Shown: positions 44,494 to 54,516, counted from the stretch's first letter. The stretch is DNA of 64,000 bases from Nannocystales bacterium (GCA_050633305.1 JBOEGF010000027.1:178956-242955), one strand, 5' to 3'. The notes: generated by a model not told the origin, from the letters alone. Program-made: numbers and translations.

Positions 44494-45134
44494 GACGAGG
44501 CCTTCACGTCGTCGAGGTCCTGGCTTGCTGGCGGCAAGATGAGCTGCTCTTCCTGGGCCAGCAGACCCAGCGCAACTGCGATACGAGCGCCCAGGAGTGC
44601 CCGACCACTGACCAGGCCTTGCTTGAGCTGCCAACCTCCCGCCATCAAGGCGAACCCCCAGATGATGCCGGCAACCCACTGCGGCATCCACTGGTACGCG
44701 GCGAACCCCAAGATGCCGAAGCCAACGAAGATCTGCAGCGCGAGCTTGGCCGACTCGAGCACCGGGGTGCTCTGCTCGGCGACCTGCTTGGACACCCGTA
44801 GCTCGAAGCGCCCGCGAGAGACCTTCACCTTGTAGTCGTCCTTTTGAACGCCCAGGTACTGCAATGCGGGACGCAGTGAGGAGAACAGCTCGGTCTCCTT
44901 GAGTACCGTCCGACCCCGGGCGACGATCGCCCCGTCGAGCGGGTCCTGCATCACGATGCCGGCCTTGAACCCATCGGTGAAGAAATCCGCTTCGACAGAG
45001 GTGGCGTCGAGCCCCGCCTCCTTCGCTGCAGAGCTGCGGATCTGATGTTCGTCGCCGCTCCAAGGCTCGACCGATGCCTCTCCCTTGGCCACCAGCGCGG
45101 TGGTGTTCGTCTTGCCTTTTTTGGCGGAGCTCAT
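44490..45134 (-). CDS. Hypothetical membrane protein
   Basis: Two TM helices near C-terminus; start overlaps coaD stop. Confidence 0.7.
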   Translation of the reverse strand: MSSAKKGKTNTTALVAKGEASVEPWSGDEHQIRSSAAKEAGLDATSVEADFFTDGFKAGIVMQDPLDGAIVARGRTVLKETELFSSLRPALQYLGVQKDDYKVKVSRGRFELRVSKQVAEQSTPVLESAKLALQIFVGFGILGFAAYQWMPQWVAGIIWGFALMAGGWQLKQGLVSGRALLGARIAVALGLLAQEEQLILPPASQDLDDVKASS

Positions 45135-45637
45135 TGCGCGTCCAACCGAGCCTTGATCGCTTGCGCCACCGGCTCCGCGACGTACCGACCATAGTCTCCC
45201 CCGTGGGTCGCAACCTCTCGGACGAGGGAGCTGGAGACGATCATGCGGTTGGGGCGCGGCACGATGAAGACGGTTTCCACGCTGGGCTCGAGGTCCCGGT
45301 TGGCCAGCGCCATCTGGAACTCCGACTCAAAGTCGCCATGCGCGCGAAGCCCACGAACGATGAACCCAGCGCCGACCTCTTTGCAGAAGTCGATGACCAA
45401 GTTGGAGAAGACCGCGACGTCGACCGTGGGCAGGTGCTCGATGCTCTGCGCGATCAGCTCCCGCCGTTCCTGCGGCGTGAACCACCCTCGCTTGGTCGGG
45501 TGCTGACCGATGCCCACGATGACGCGGTCGAACAGCTTGACCGCCCTCTCCATGATGTCCATGTGCCCGAGGGTCATCGGGTCGAAGGACCCCGGATAGA
45601 CCGCGGTGCGGCGGACGGCGGGCGATGGGTCGCTCAC
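45131..45637 (-). CDS. coaD: Phosphopantetheine adenylyltransferase
   Basis: AVYPGSFDPMTLGHMDI, IVRGLR..GDFESE, SSSLVREVA. Confidence 0.96.
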   Translation of the reverse strand: MSDPSPAVRRTAVYPGSFDPMTLGHMDIMERAVKLFDRVIVGIGQHPTKRGWFTPQERRELIAQSIEHLPTVDVAVFSNLVIDFCKEVGAGFIVRGLRAHGDFESEFQMALANRDLEPSVETVFIVPRPNRMIVSSSLVREVATHGGDYGRYVAEPVAQAIKARLDAQ

Positions 45638-45643
45638 TCGCGG

Positions 45644-45651
45644 AGTATACT
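45644..45651. promoter_or_regulatory. Palindromic bidirectional -10 element AGTATACT
   Basis: TATACT on both strands, 6 nt from coaD GTG and 7 nt from ATG 45659. Confidence 0.65.
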
Positions 45652-45658
45652 GCGCCGG

Positions 45659-46564
45659 ATGGCTCGTGCCGAAATGGCCCTGTTCGTTGGATGCCTCTTG
45701 GTTGGTTGTGGAGGCGGGGAGGCACCCGAACCCAAGAAGGTGGCCGAGCTCGAACCGGTGATCGAGCCCAGGGTTCGCCCTGTGCGCAAGGGCCCGTTCC
45801 GCAACCCCAACACCCAGGCGCCTGGACCGAGGACCGAGGACCAACTCCCCGAAACCGAGCTCGAGGCGGCGATCGCCCGCGGAAAAGCGCTCCGTGCCGA
45901 GGGGCGCGCGACCGTCGCGATCCAGGCGTTCCGAAAGTGTGCGAACAAGATCCCGCAGAGCATCGAGTGTGAGGCCGAACAGGCGATCACGATGTTTGGG
46001 GCCAAGCAGCAGCTCGCCTTCGCCAAGCACTTCTTGCTCGAGGCGGCCAACGGCCAGCCCGTCTCCACCGACGACACCCTGTACCGCCGCATCGGAGACA
46101 CGGCGGTCGCCCACGCCCAATACCCCGCCGCCCAAGCCGCGTACGGAGTTCTCCTGGCCCGGGAGGTGGCGACCGTTGGAGACCTCGAGCATCTCGCCCA
46201 GGCCCTGCAGGCCGAGAGCGGAAACGCGGACGAAGCGGCGGACGTCTACGCCCGCGCCTACGGACTCGACCCGACCCGCCACGAGCTTCTTCGAAAACGT
46301 GCGACGTTGTTGGGCCAAAACGGGGACCACACCCGGGCCGCCGATCTGTTCCAGGCCTACCTCGACAAGGCCAAGCCCGAGGAGAAGATCACCCGAGCGC
46401 TCGAACAACGGATCGCGATGCTGCGCGAGGAGGCCAAGACCTCGCCGTCGCAGGGCTCCCCCGAAACGCCCTCGCCCGGCAAGACCAAGACCGCCGGTAA
46501 GACCAAGGGCAAGACCAAGACCCCACAGAAACCGGCGCCCGCGAGCGCCGACAAGCCCGGGTGA
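45659..46564 (+). CDS. TPR-repeat lipoprotein
   Basis: LLVGC lipobox, TPR-like helices, K/T-rich tail. Confidence 0.75.
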   Translation: MARAEMALFVGCLLVGCGGGEAPEPKKVAELEPVIEPRVRPVRKGPFRNPNTQAPGPRTEDQLPETELEAAIARGKALRAEGRATVAIQAFRKCANKIPQSIECEAEQAITMFGAKQQLAFAKHFLLEAANGQPVSTDDTLYRRIGDTAVAHAQYPAAQAAYGVLLAREVATVGDLEHLAQALQAESGNADEAADVYARAYGLDPTRHELLRKRATLLGQNGDHTRAADLFQAYLDKAKPEEKITRALEQRIAMLREEAKTSPSQGSPETPSPGKTKTAGKTKGKTKTPQKPAPASADKPG

Positions 46565-46567
46565 GTC

Positions 46568-47617
46568 TCATCCGGCGAGCAGTCGGGCGCGGGCAGCTCT
46601 GCTCTTCAGCGCCGCTTCGTGCAAAGACGACTGCCCCTGCGCCCGCACCAAGTTGTGCTCCCCCGCGCTCGCGTATCGCTCTCGATTCCAGCCGAAGTAC
46701 GACTCGTTGAGGGCATCGGCGAGGAATCGAGCCGAGAGTTCCAAAGAGATCACCTCGACCCCGTAGGTCAACGCCTCTCGTTCGGCAGCGCTGAGGGTCG
46801 GGCCGGTTTCGGCGTACCCGCGCACCGAAGCTGCGAAGACGTCGAGATCGAAGACCGCGTGCGTCTCGTCCTCCCCCTTCGGGTTGCACCACGAGCGCCA
46901 CGCGTCGCCAAGCTCGAGGTGGAGCGGCATGGGAGCCACCGTGTCGAGGTCGATGAGGCCGAGTGCCTCCTCGGCGGCATCGCCCTGCGGGCCCGCAAAC
47001 ATCACATTGTTGAGTTTGGGGTCGCCGTGCGCGACGCGGTGCGGCAGTTCATCGAGTGAGGGAAGCAACTCGGCGGAGCGCAGCAACATCTCGGCCAGCG
47101 GCGCGACGATGTCGTAGAGCCGATGCTCACGATGTTCGGCAAGCGCGTCACGAAGACGTTGCAAGTGTGCGGGAGTGTCGTGCACCCCGCTGCGCAGACC
47201 GACGAAGGTGTGCTCGAGGTCCGCAAGGGCCCGGTGAAATCGTCCCAACGCTGCTGCAGCGGCACGCGCCTGGCCAACGCTACGCATCGCGTCGAACGTG
47301 ACGCCCGGCATTCGCGTCATGACCCGCCATGCTCGGCCCGACCGTTCGGACCACAACGTTCCATCCCGTGTCGGCCGCAGTCTCGGCGTGGCGATCCCCT
47401 TGGAGGCCAGATGCTCGGTCACGGCCGCGATGTTGTGGTGAATCTGAGGAGAGAAGACCGTGTGCACCCGCTGCAGCACCCAATCTTGCCCACCTGCGCG
47501 AACCGAGAACGTGTCGTTGATCAGTCCCGAGCCCAGGGGCTCGACCACAGCATCCCCATCCAGCCCGAAGTCCTCCAGGATGGCCGCCGCCTCTTCGCTC
47601 GAAACACCGTCTCTCAC
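46568..47617 (-). CDS. Phosphotransferase, APH/N-acetylhexosamine-kinase-like family
   Basis: LGSGLINDTF, VLQRV, HGDPKLNNVMF, IDLDT, ELSARFLADAL...YF...HNLVRA. Confidence 0.85.
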   Translation of the reverse strand: MRDGVSSEEAAAILEDFGLDGDAVVEPLGSGLINDTFSVRAGGQDWVLQRVHTVFSPQIHHNIAAVTEHLASKGIATPRLRPTRDGTLWSERSGRAWRVMTRMPGVTFDAMRSVGQARAAAAALGRFHRALADLEHTFVGLRSGVHDTPAHLQRLRDALAEHREHRLYDIVAPLAEMLLRSAELLPSLDELPHRVAHGDPKLNNVMFAGPQGDAAEEALGLIDLDTVAPMPLHLELGDAWRSWCNPKGEDETHAVFDLDVFAASVRGYAETGPTLSAAEREALTYGVEVISLELSARFLADALNESYFGWNRERYASAGEHNLVRAQGQSSLHEAALKSRAARARLLAG

Positions 47618-47718
47618 CGCCTTCCAGCTTCGCGGAACTGGGCGAGCGACACAAGAGGAAGCCCAGGTGTGAGTCCGCGGCGTCGCCCCCCGCCCCTCGG
47701 GGTGGCGACCTCGCGACG

Positions 47719-49314
47719 CTAGAAGCCCCAGCCCCGTAGCCGTCGACGCTCGTCGCGGATCTGAGCCTGCACCCAACCGGGGAGATTCTCCTGTTGCTCG
47801 AGAATGTCGAGGTCGGCCTTGGCGCGAGCGAACGCACCTCGCTCTCGCAGCGCCTTCGCTCGCTCGACGCGGATCACCGGGTGGTCGGGTCGGAGCTCGA
47901 TCGCACGGTCCATCGTCGCGATGGCCCGATCGGGCTGCCCGACGTACCGCCAGGCGACAGCGAGATTGTAGTAGTGCACTGCCGACGGGTCGGTCTTGCG
48001 ACTTCTCGGCCAGAACGATGCGCCGAGGATGAGCGCGAAGCAGACGAGGACGACCCAGCGGCGGGAGCGGGCCGCAGCACGCACGGACCGAACTCCGCTG
48101 GGGAGGGCCACGGCCAACGGCACCAGCAGCGGGAGCCGGTGCTGGGCCGACGTGAAGTACAAGACGTTGGCGGCGACCGTGCACAAGACCAACCCCAGCA
48201 ACGCCCAGCCGACAAGACCTGTCCCCCGCAGTCGCCCCACGCCGAACACAGCAAACGCGAGCGCGACGCCAAAGGGGATCCCAATCGAAGGGGAACACCA
48301 CAGCATCTCGCGCTCACCGAAGTGGTCGTAGTCCTGGGTGAGTTCGTCATTGCCGACGATCAACCAGACCTTGCGAACCTCCAGCCACCCCCACCGGCCA
48401 GGACTCTGCGCGATCTCGGACAGACCGCGGCGATACAGCGCGCCGCCGATCGCGGCGATCTCCTCCGCGTCGCTGCCTTTGGGGACACCCAGGAGCTCTC
48501 GGAGCTCTTCCCGTTCCCGAGAGACGTCGCCCGAGAGCAGCCCCCCCGCGTCGTTCCAGACGCCACGCGCGTGGGTGTTGTTGCCGATATAGAACGACGT
48601 CCCTCCCCCGTGGGCGGGCAGCACGGTGGGCCGTCCTGTCACCGCGGCGTTCCGAGCGGCCATCGGGAGCAGCGCCAACACCACCCCTGCAGCGAACGCC
48701 CCGAGTCGCTTGGCCCGATCGTCCGCCGCCCGCCACCCCGCCACCACCAACACGGGGATCAGCAGTGCGAAGTTCGGACGCCCAAGGACAGCAAGACCAA
48801 CGGCGAGCCCAAGCACCAGCCAACGCCTCGGTGAGGGGGCCTCATGGACCCGCACCGCCGCAGCGAACACCGCCACGCTGACGGTCACCGCGAGGCTCCC
48901 GGTCAGGAACTTGTTCTCGTAGAACGCCAGCATCGGGAACGACAGCAATGCGGCCGTGGTCCAGCCCGCCTCGTTCCGCCCCCTCCACCTCGATACAGCC
49001 CGGAAGAACCACACATGCGTGAGCCCGGCGAGGACCAGCTGTAGAAGCAGCGCAAACGAGACCCACGCCCGGATCATCATCGGCGCCGCCATCAAGTACG
49101 CATACAGCCCCTGAAGATAGAAGGGCTTGGTTCCCCACGGAGCGTGGTCGAGGATGTCCCGGGCCGCGAGTTCGTACTGGGCGCCGTCGGAGAATGTCGC
49201 AAGTGCGAACGGAACCTCGGCGAGGTAAGTCGAGTGATACAGCACCCGCAGCAGCCCCAACGCGAGCAACGCCGCGGTCAGAGCCGGGCTCAATCGCTCG
49301 CGTGTCCCGTCCAA
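47719..49314 (-). CDS. GT-C (PMT/GT39-like) membrane glycosyltransferase with C-terminal TPR
   Basis: Multi-TM; SDGAQY, PFYLQGLY, LGRPN, RNAAVTG, FYIGNN, QHRLP, TPR tail. Confidence 0.78.
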   Translation of the reverse strand: MDGTRERLSPALTAALLALGLLRVLYHSTYLAEVPFALATFSDGAQYELAARDILDHAPWGTKPFYLQGLYAYLMAAPMMIRAWVSFALLLQLVLAGLTHVWFFRAVSRWRGRNEAGWTTAALLSFPMLAFYENKFLTGSLAVTVSVAVFAAAVRVHEAPSPRRWLVLGLAVGLAVLGRPNFALLIPVLVVAGWRAADDRAKRLGAFAAGVVLALLPMAARNAAVTGRPTVLPAHGGGTSFYIGNNTHARGVWNDAGGLLSGDVSREREELRELLGVPKGSDAEEIAAIGGALYRRGLSEIAQSPGRWGWLEVRKVWLIVGNDELTQDYDHFGEREMLWCSPSIGIPFGVALAFAVFGVGRLRGTGLVGWALLGLVLCTVAANVLYFTSAQHRLPLLVPLAVALPSGVRSVRAAARSRRWVVLVCFALILGASFWPRSRKTDPSAVHYYNLAVAWRYVGQPDRAIATMDRAIELRPDHPVIRVERAKALRERGAFARAKADLDILEQQENLPGWVQAQIRDERRRLRGWGF

Positions 49315-49343
49315 CCTCGCGACGATAGCAGTACACTGCCCGC

Positions 49344-50069
49344 GTGCCGATCGACGATGCCGAGGTGCACCGCATCCATGCCCGATACCTGGAGGAGGTG
49401 GTCGAGGGTCTCGGGCTGTGTCCGTTCGCGCGGCACAGCCGGGAGCAGGGCCGGGTTCATCGCCCGCTGTTTCGGGTCGGGGACGCGGCCCCAGCCCCCG
49501 AGGCTGTCGCCCGAGAACTCGCCAGAACCACGACCGCGCACGACGACGCGGAGATCATTTTGGCAACATTCGTCGACCCGGGCGGTCGATTTGCGACCCC
49601 CGCCGCGTTCGAGCCGTTCGTCACGAACGTAAGGGCCGCCTACGACACGCTCGATGCCCCGCTTTACTTCATGGTGGCGTTTCATCCTCGACTCGACGAG
49701 ACCATCGACACCACACGGCCCCTGACAAAGGACACTCTCGTCCCGCTCATCCGGCGCACACCCGACCCCGTGATCCAATGTGTCAACGCGGAGGTGCTGG
49801 AGCGGGCCCGCGCGAACGCCCAGCAAGCGGCCAAGCGCAAGCTCATGGAGGCACACGGGCATGACCCCGTCCTGCGGGCGATGCTCGAACGCAGCGTGCA
49901 GACCGACTCCGAGCTGTCCGCGGACATCGCCCGAGCGAACTTCGACGCCTGCGGAACCGGAGAGGGACACCGCGAGCTACAGGCCCGGATCGCGAGCATC
50001 ATTGCGGAGAGAAGTGGCGAACCAGCACCCGCCCCGAACGCGGACGAGGTTTCAGGGGAACCGAGGTAG
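49344..50069 (+). CDS. DUF1415-like hypothetical protein
   Basis: VVEGLGLCPFAR, VAFHP, RRTPDP, IARAN. Confidence 0.6.
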   Translation: MPIDDAEVHRIHARYLEEVVEGLGLCPFARHSREQGRVHRPLFRVGDAAPAPEAVARELARTTTAHDDAEIILATFVDPGGRFATPAAFEPFVTNVRAAYDTLDAPLYFMVAFHPRLDETIDTTRPLTKDTLVPLIRRTPDPVIQCVNAEVLERARANAQQAAKRKLMEAHGHDPVLRAMLERSVQTDSELSADIARANFDACGTGEGHRELQARIASIIAERSGEPAPAPNADEVSGEPR

Positions 50070-50219
50070 CCCTTCGCCGAGCAACCCCTCGTATCGCGTC
50101 ACGCCGTAGACGAGCACGACGCGGCTCGGGTTGCCGCTCCGGATCGTTCTACGCCGGCTTCGCGGGGGTCTGGCAGTGTGTGATGACGGCGCCAGGACCC
50201 GCCGATACACTGCGCCCGC

Positions 50220-50849
50220 ATGGCGGATCGATATGCGTTCACTCGACGCGGGCTCTTTCGCGGCATCGGCTCGGCGACGGTCGTCGCGGGGTGCACGACG
50301 ACACCTCCGGGCGGCAAGACCACAGGGCCTTCCACCGATGCTGCGCTCGTTCCGGGCGAGATCGGACCGGCGCCGTCGCGGCTCTCGTTCGAGCTCAACG
50401 GCACCGCAGTCAACGTGGACGTCGAGCCCCGCACCACGCTCCTCGATGCCCTTCGTGTCGACCTCGACACGACCGGCCCCAAGAAGGTTTGCGACCGCGG
50501 TGCCTGCAGTGCCTGCACGGTCCTCGTCGACGGGGTGCAGCGAAACAGCTGCATGATGTTGGCGCACGACGTGGAGGGGCGACAGGTCACGACGGTGGAG
50601 GGACTCGCCAACGACGGTCACCTGACCGTGTTGCAGCAGAAGTTCGTCGAGCACGATGCCCAGCAATGCGGATTCTGCACGTCGGGCATGCTGATGAGCT
50701 GCGTCGCACTGCTGCAGCGAACATCCGGACGCGGGTCCTCCGTCTCCTCCGAGGAGGCCCGCGAAGCCATCAAGGGCAACCTGTGCCGCTGCGGCACCTA
50801 CCCCCATGTCGTCGCCGCCGTCGTCGCGGCGAGCAAGGAGCGCGCATAA
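50220..50849 (+). CDS. Molybdoenzyme 2x[2Fe-2S] subunit (PaoA/YagT-like) with Tat lipoprotein signal
   Basis: TRRGLF...VVAGC; CDRGACSACTV, QCGFCTSG, NLCRCGTY. Confidence 0.92.
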   Translation: MADRYAFTRRGLFRGIGSATVVAGCTTTPPGGKTTGPSTDAALVPGEIGPAPSRLSFELNGTAVNVDVEPRTTLLDALRVDLDTTGPKKVCDRGACSACTVLVDGVQRNSCMMLAHDVEGRQVTTVEGLANDGHLTVLQQKFVEHDAQQCGFCTSGMLMSCVALLQRTSGRGSSVSSEEAREAIKGNLCRCGTYPHVVAAVVAASKERA

Positions 50850-53171
50850 ATGGCCAAGACAACCATCCAGGTCGGGTTTCGGGACCAGGTCAACGCCGCC
50901 GATGTAGAGCTCCCCGAGGGCGAGGCCAAACCCTGGGACGCGGACGCCAAACTCGATGTCGTGGGCAAACCGCTCCCGCGTCGCGACGGCTCGCTCAAGG
51001 TCAGCGGCCGGGCCAAGTACACACACGACATCAACCTCCCCGACATGCTGCACGCAGCCGTCGTTCGCTCTCCCCTGCCGGCCGCGAAGGTGGTCTCGGT
51101 GGATACCAGCGCGGCCGAGAAGATCCCCGGCGTGAAGGCGGTCCTCACGGTCGCACAAGACGGTGACTCGATCTTGTTCGCGGGCCAGGACATCGCCGCG
51201 GTCGTCGCGGAGCGCCCCGAGCAGGCTTGGCAGGCTGCCAAGGTCGTGAAGGTGGAGTACGAGCAGCGAAAGTTCGTGACCCGTCTCGCCTTTGCCGCCA
51301 CGCCCGACGCTCCGCTCGTGCATCGCGAAGCTGTCCAGGAGCGGCAAACCGAGGGGCACGTCACCGCGGGTGGCGGAGGAGAAGCCAAAGGCAACGTCCG
51401 CCCGCTTCGTCCGATGCAAAAGGGCGACGTCGACAAGGGACTGGCCGGTGCGACGGTCCACGAAGCGGTCTACGAGACCCAGGTCCAGACCCACTCGGCG
51501 CTCGAGACCCACGGCATCGTCGCGCGGTGGGATGACGACGAGCACCTCACTGTGTGGGCGTCCACCCAGAGCATCTTCAGCGTGCGCGACGAGCTCGCCG
51601 AGGTCTTGGGACTCAAGCCGGCAAACGTGCGCGTCCACGCCGACCACGTCGGTGGGGGGTTCGGGGCCAAGTTCGGCGCGTCCGCGCCCGGTTCCCGCTT
51701 GGGAACGATCGCCGCCAAGCTGGCGAAGAAGACCGGCGCCCCCGTCAAGCTGATGTGCAACCGCCACGAGGAGCAGGTCTGCACGGGCAACCGGCCCGAC
51801 TCCGTTCAGACCGTCAAGATCGCCGGGAAGAAAGACGGGTCACTCACCGCGATCCACGTGAAGTCGCTCGGAACCGCGGGCATCGGAACTGGCGCGGGGG
51901 TCGGACGCAATGCGTTTGCCGTCTACACCAAGTGTCCCAACATCCTCGTTGACAGCAGCGACGTCTTCACCAACGCCGGGCCCGGCACCGCGATGCGAGC
52001 CCCGGGTCACCCACAAGGTGCCTTCGCCTTTGAGCTGGCCATCGACGAGCTCGCGGTCAAACTCGGGGTCGACCCCGTCAAGCTGCGACTGACCAACGAC
52101 GAGCACCCGGTCCGGCTGTGGCAGTTCGAAGATGGGGCCAAGCGCTTCGACTGGGATGCCAAGCGGGCCGAGTCCAAGGCGCTGCGAGAAGGCAACGCCC
52201 GAATCCGTCGAGGCTACGGGGTCGCCGCATCGATCTGGGGAGACTTCGGCCGACCCAAAGCGGCCGTCGTCACGTGCTCGGTGTTGCGCGATGGCACCAT
52301 CGAGATCCGAAACGGCGTGCAGGACATCGGCACCGGGATCGCCACTGTGCTGGCGCAGATCGGCGCCGAGGTGTTCTCTCGCCCGCTGGACACGGTCGTG
52401 GTGCGCTACGGCGATAGCGAGTTCGGAAGCTCGGTCGGCAGCGGCGGATCACAGACGACCTCGAGCGTGACCCCTGCTGTGCGCAACGCCTGCGAAGACG
52501 CCAAGACCAAGCTGATTGCCCACGCTGCAGAGGTGCTCAAGGCCAAGCCTGCCGATGTCACCTGGGCCAAGGACGGCACCTTCTCCGCCGGAGAAAAGAA
52601 GCTCACCTTCGCCCAGGTCTGTCGGAAGATCGAAGGAGAGTCGATCACGGCAACCTCGACCCGGCCCCGAACCTACGGTGCCCACCCGATGTCGTTCCTT
52701 GGTGCACCCATGCCGCAGATCGCAGGCGTGCAGTTCGCCGAAGTCGAGGTCGACACGTGGACCGGCGTCGTCCGAGCCAAACACGTGCTTGCCATGCATG
52801 ACTGCGGCCGCGTCATGAACCGTCTCACCTGCACCAGCCAGATCAACGGCGGCGTGATCCTCGGGACGAGCTACGCGCTGATGGAACAGCGCGTGATGGA
52901 CCATGACGTGGGCCGGATGCTCAACCCCAACCTCGAGTCGTACAAGATCTGCGGCGCCACAGACACGCCGAAGGTCGAGATCGAGTTCACCGATGTGTAC
53001 ACGGGCGCCAACAACACGGGCGCCGCCGGTATCGGTGAGCCCTCCACCATTCCCACGGCCGCCGCCCTCGCGTGCGCCGTGTTCGATGCGCTTGGCGAGC
53101 CGGTCCGCCGCCTCCCGATGACCCCCTCCCGCGTCCTCACGGCCATGGGACTCACGAAAGGCCTCGGATGA
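50850..53171 (+). CDS. Xanthine dehydrogenase-family molybdopterin subunit (PaoC/YagR-like)
   Basis: KVSGRAKY, VGGGFGAK, AMRAPGHPQG, QDIGTG, GSGGS, GIGEP. Confidence 0.93.
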   Translation: MAKTTIQVGFRDQVNAADVELPEGEAKPWDADAKLDVVGKPLPRRDGSLKVSGRAKYTHDINLPDMLHAAVVRSPLPAAKVVSVDTSAAEKIPGVKAVLTVAQDGDSILFAGQDIAAVVAERPEQAWQAAKVVKVEYEQRKFVTRLAFAATPDAPLVHREAVQERQTEGHVTAGGGGEAKGNVRPLRPMQKGDVDKGLAGATVHEAVYETQVQTHSALETHGIVARWDDDEHLTVWASTQSIFSVRDELAEVLGLKPANVRVHADHVGGGFGAKFGASAPGSRLGTIAAKLAKKTGAPVKLMCNRHEEQVCTGNRPDSVQTVKIAGKKDGSLTAIHVKSLGTAGIGTGAGVGRNAFAVYTKCPNILVDSSDVFTNAGPGTAMRAPGHPQGAFAFELAIDELAVKLGVDPVKLRLTNDEHPVRLWQFEDGAKRFDWDAKRAESKALREGNARIRRGYGVAASIWGDFGRPKAAVVTCSVLRDGTIEIRNGVQDIGTGIATVLAQIGAEVFSRPLDTVVVRYGDSEFGSSVGSGGSQTTSSVTPAVRNACEDAKTKLIAHAAEVLKAKPADVTWAKDGTFSAGEKKLTFAQVCRKIEGESITATSTRPRTYGAHPMSFLGAPMPQIAGVQFAEVEVDTWTGVVRAKHVLAMHDCGRVMNRLTCTSQINGGVILGTSYALMEQRVMDHDVGRMLNPNLESYKICGATDTPKVEIEFTDVYTGANNTGAAGIGEPSTIPTAAALACAVFDALGEPVRRLPMTPSRVLTAMGLTKGLG

Positions 53172-54178
53172 ACCCGTTCACCCTCGTTCGCCTCCCCACC
53201 CTCGACGCCGCCCACGACCATGTGGCGGCCGAACCTGCCGCTCGCCTCTACCGCGCGGGCGGCATCGACCTGCTCGACCGTATGAAGGAGGGCCTCGATG
53301 CCCCCGACGAGCTGGTCGAACTGCACGCCATCGCGGGCGAGCACGGGTCTCGAATGCGCGGCATCGCAGCAACCGAAGACGGTGGCTGGCGAATCGGCTC
53401 GCTGGTCACGCTCGGCCAACTCGCCGGTTTTGAGGATCTTCCATCGGCCTATGGCGCGCTCCGAGATGCGGCCGGCAACGCCGCCACCCCAAGCATTCGC
53501 AACGGCGCGACGGCGGGTGGAAACCTGCTGCAGCGCCCTCGGTGTTGGTACTTCCGGCATTCCGATCTGCTGTGCCTCAAGAAGGGAGGCTACGAGTGTC
53601 TCGCGGTCAGCGGAGACAACCGCTTCAACGCGATCCTCGGCGGCGGGCCGAGCTTCATCGTGCACCCCTCGAGCCTCGGCTCGCCCCTCGTCGCGCTCGG
53701 CGCATCCGTGACGGTCGCGGGTCCGAAAGGGTTGAGGACCATGCCCATCGAGGACCTGTTCGCGCTCCCGACCGTCGACCCGACGAAGGAGCACACGCTC
53801 GCAGACGGAGAGGTGCTGGTCAGCATCGAGCTCCCCCCTGCCCTTGCAGGACAGCGCTCGGCCTACCACTTCGCCAAGGAGAAGCAGTCTCAAGACTGGC
53901 CGTTGGCCGAAGCGAGCGTCCGCTGCACGGTCGAAGGCGGCGTCATGCGAGAGGTCCGCGTGGCACTGGGTCACGTCGCCCCGGTGCCGTGGCGCAGCAA
54001 AGAAGCCGAGGACGCGCTCGAAGGGGTGGCCCCGACCGCCGATGCGTTCGCCAAGGCCGCCGCCGCAGCGCTCTCCGTCGCCAAACCACTCGAAGGCAAC
54101 GCGTACAAGATCCCCCTCGCCCAGGGCGTGCTGCGGTATGCCCTTCACTTCTCCACATCCACCCCCCTGCCCGCCTGA
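53168..54178 (+). CDS. FAD-binding subunit (PaoB/YagS-like)
   Basis: AGGIDLLDRMK, ATAGGNLLQRPRCWYFR...C...C, PLEGNAYKI. Confidence 0.92.
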   Translation: MNPFTLVRLPTLDAAHDHVAAEPAARLYRAGGIDLLDRMKEGLDAPDELVELHAIAGEHGSRMRGIAATEDGGWRIGSLVTLGQLAGFEDLPSAYGALRDAAGNAATPSIRNGATAGGNLLQRPRCWYFRHSDLLCLKKGGYECLAVSGDNRFNAILGGGPSFIVHPSSLGSPLVALGASVTVAGPKGLRTMPIEDLFALPTVDPTKEHTLADGEVLVSIELPPALAGQRSAYHFAKEKQSQDWPLAEASVRCTVEGGVMREVRVALGHVAPVPWRSKEAEDALEGVAPTADAFAKAAAAALSVAKPLEGNAYKIPLAQGVLRYALHFSTSTPLPA

Positions 54179-54188
54179 GGAGGACGCC

Positions 54189-54422
54189 ATGCCCAACTTC
54201 GACGATCTCTCCCGCCAGATGTCTCAATCTGATGCACCCGTGTGCCGGCATCTGCGCACCAAGGCGCTCCACGTGTACGGCCAGGACACCCCCGACGCAT
54301 ATTTGACGTCTCACTCCAGCAGCTACCACTGCTTGCAGACCCAGTTCATCGTGGGTCCAGACCAGTCCCCGTGCGTTCCTGAGTCCTGTCAGCCATCTCG
54401 GGCCTGCTTCGAAGAACGGTGA
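54189..54422 (+). CDS. Small Cys-rich protein (77 aa)
   Basis: Strong RBS GAGGAGG before ATG 54189; CRHLRTK...YHCLQT...GPD...C...C...RAC. Confidence 0.72.
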   Translation: MPNFDDLSRQMSQSDAPVCRHLRTKALHVYGQDTPDAYLTSHSSSYHCLQTQFIVGPDQSPCVPESCQPSRACFEER

Positions 54423-54516
54423 GCCACAGGTATTTACGCGCTCGTAGCGTGGACATTGGCCAGACGCAGGCCAGGGCTTGTCAGCTTTCGTTTGCAGTGG
54501 GATACGTTCGGCAACG

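Noticed and set aside
50850..53171. Aerobic CO dehydrogenase CoxL
   Set aside because: The active-site loop is AMRAPG, not AYxCSFR.
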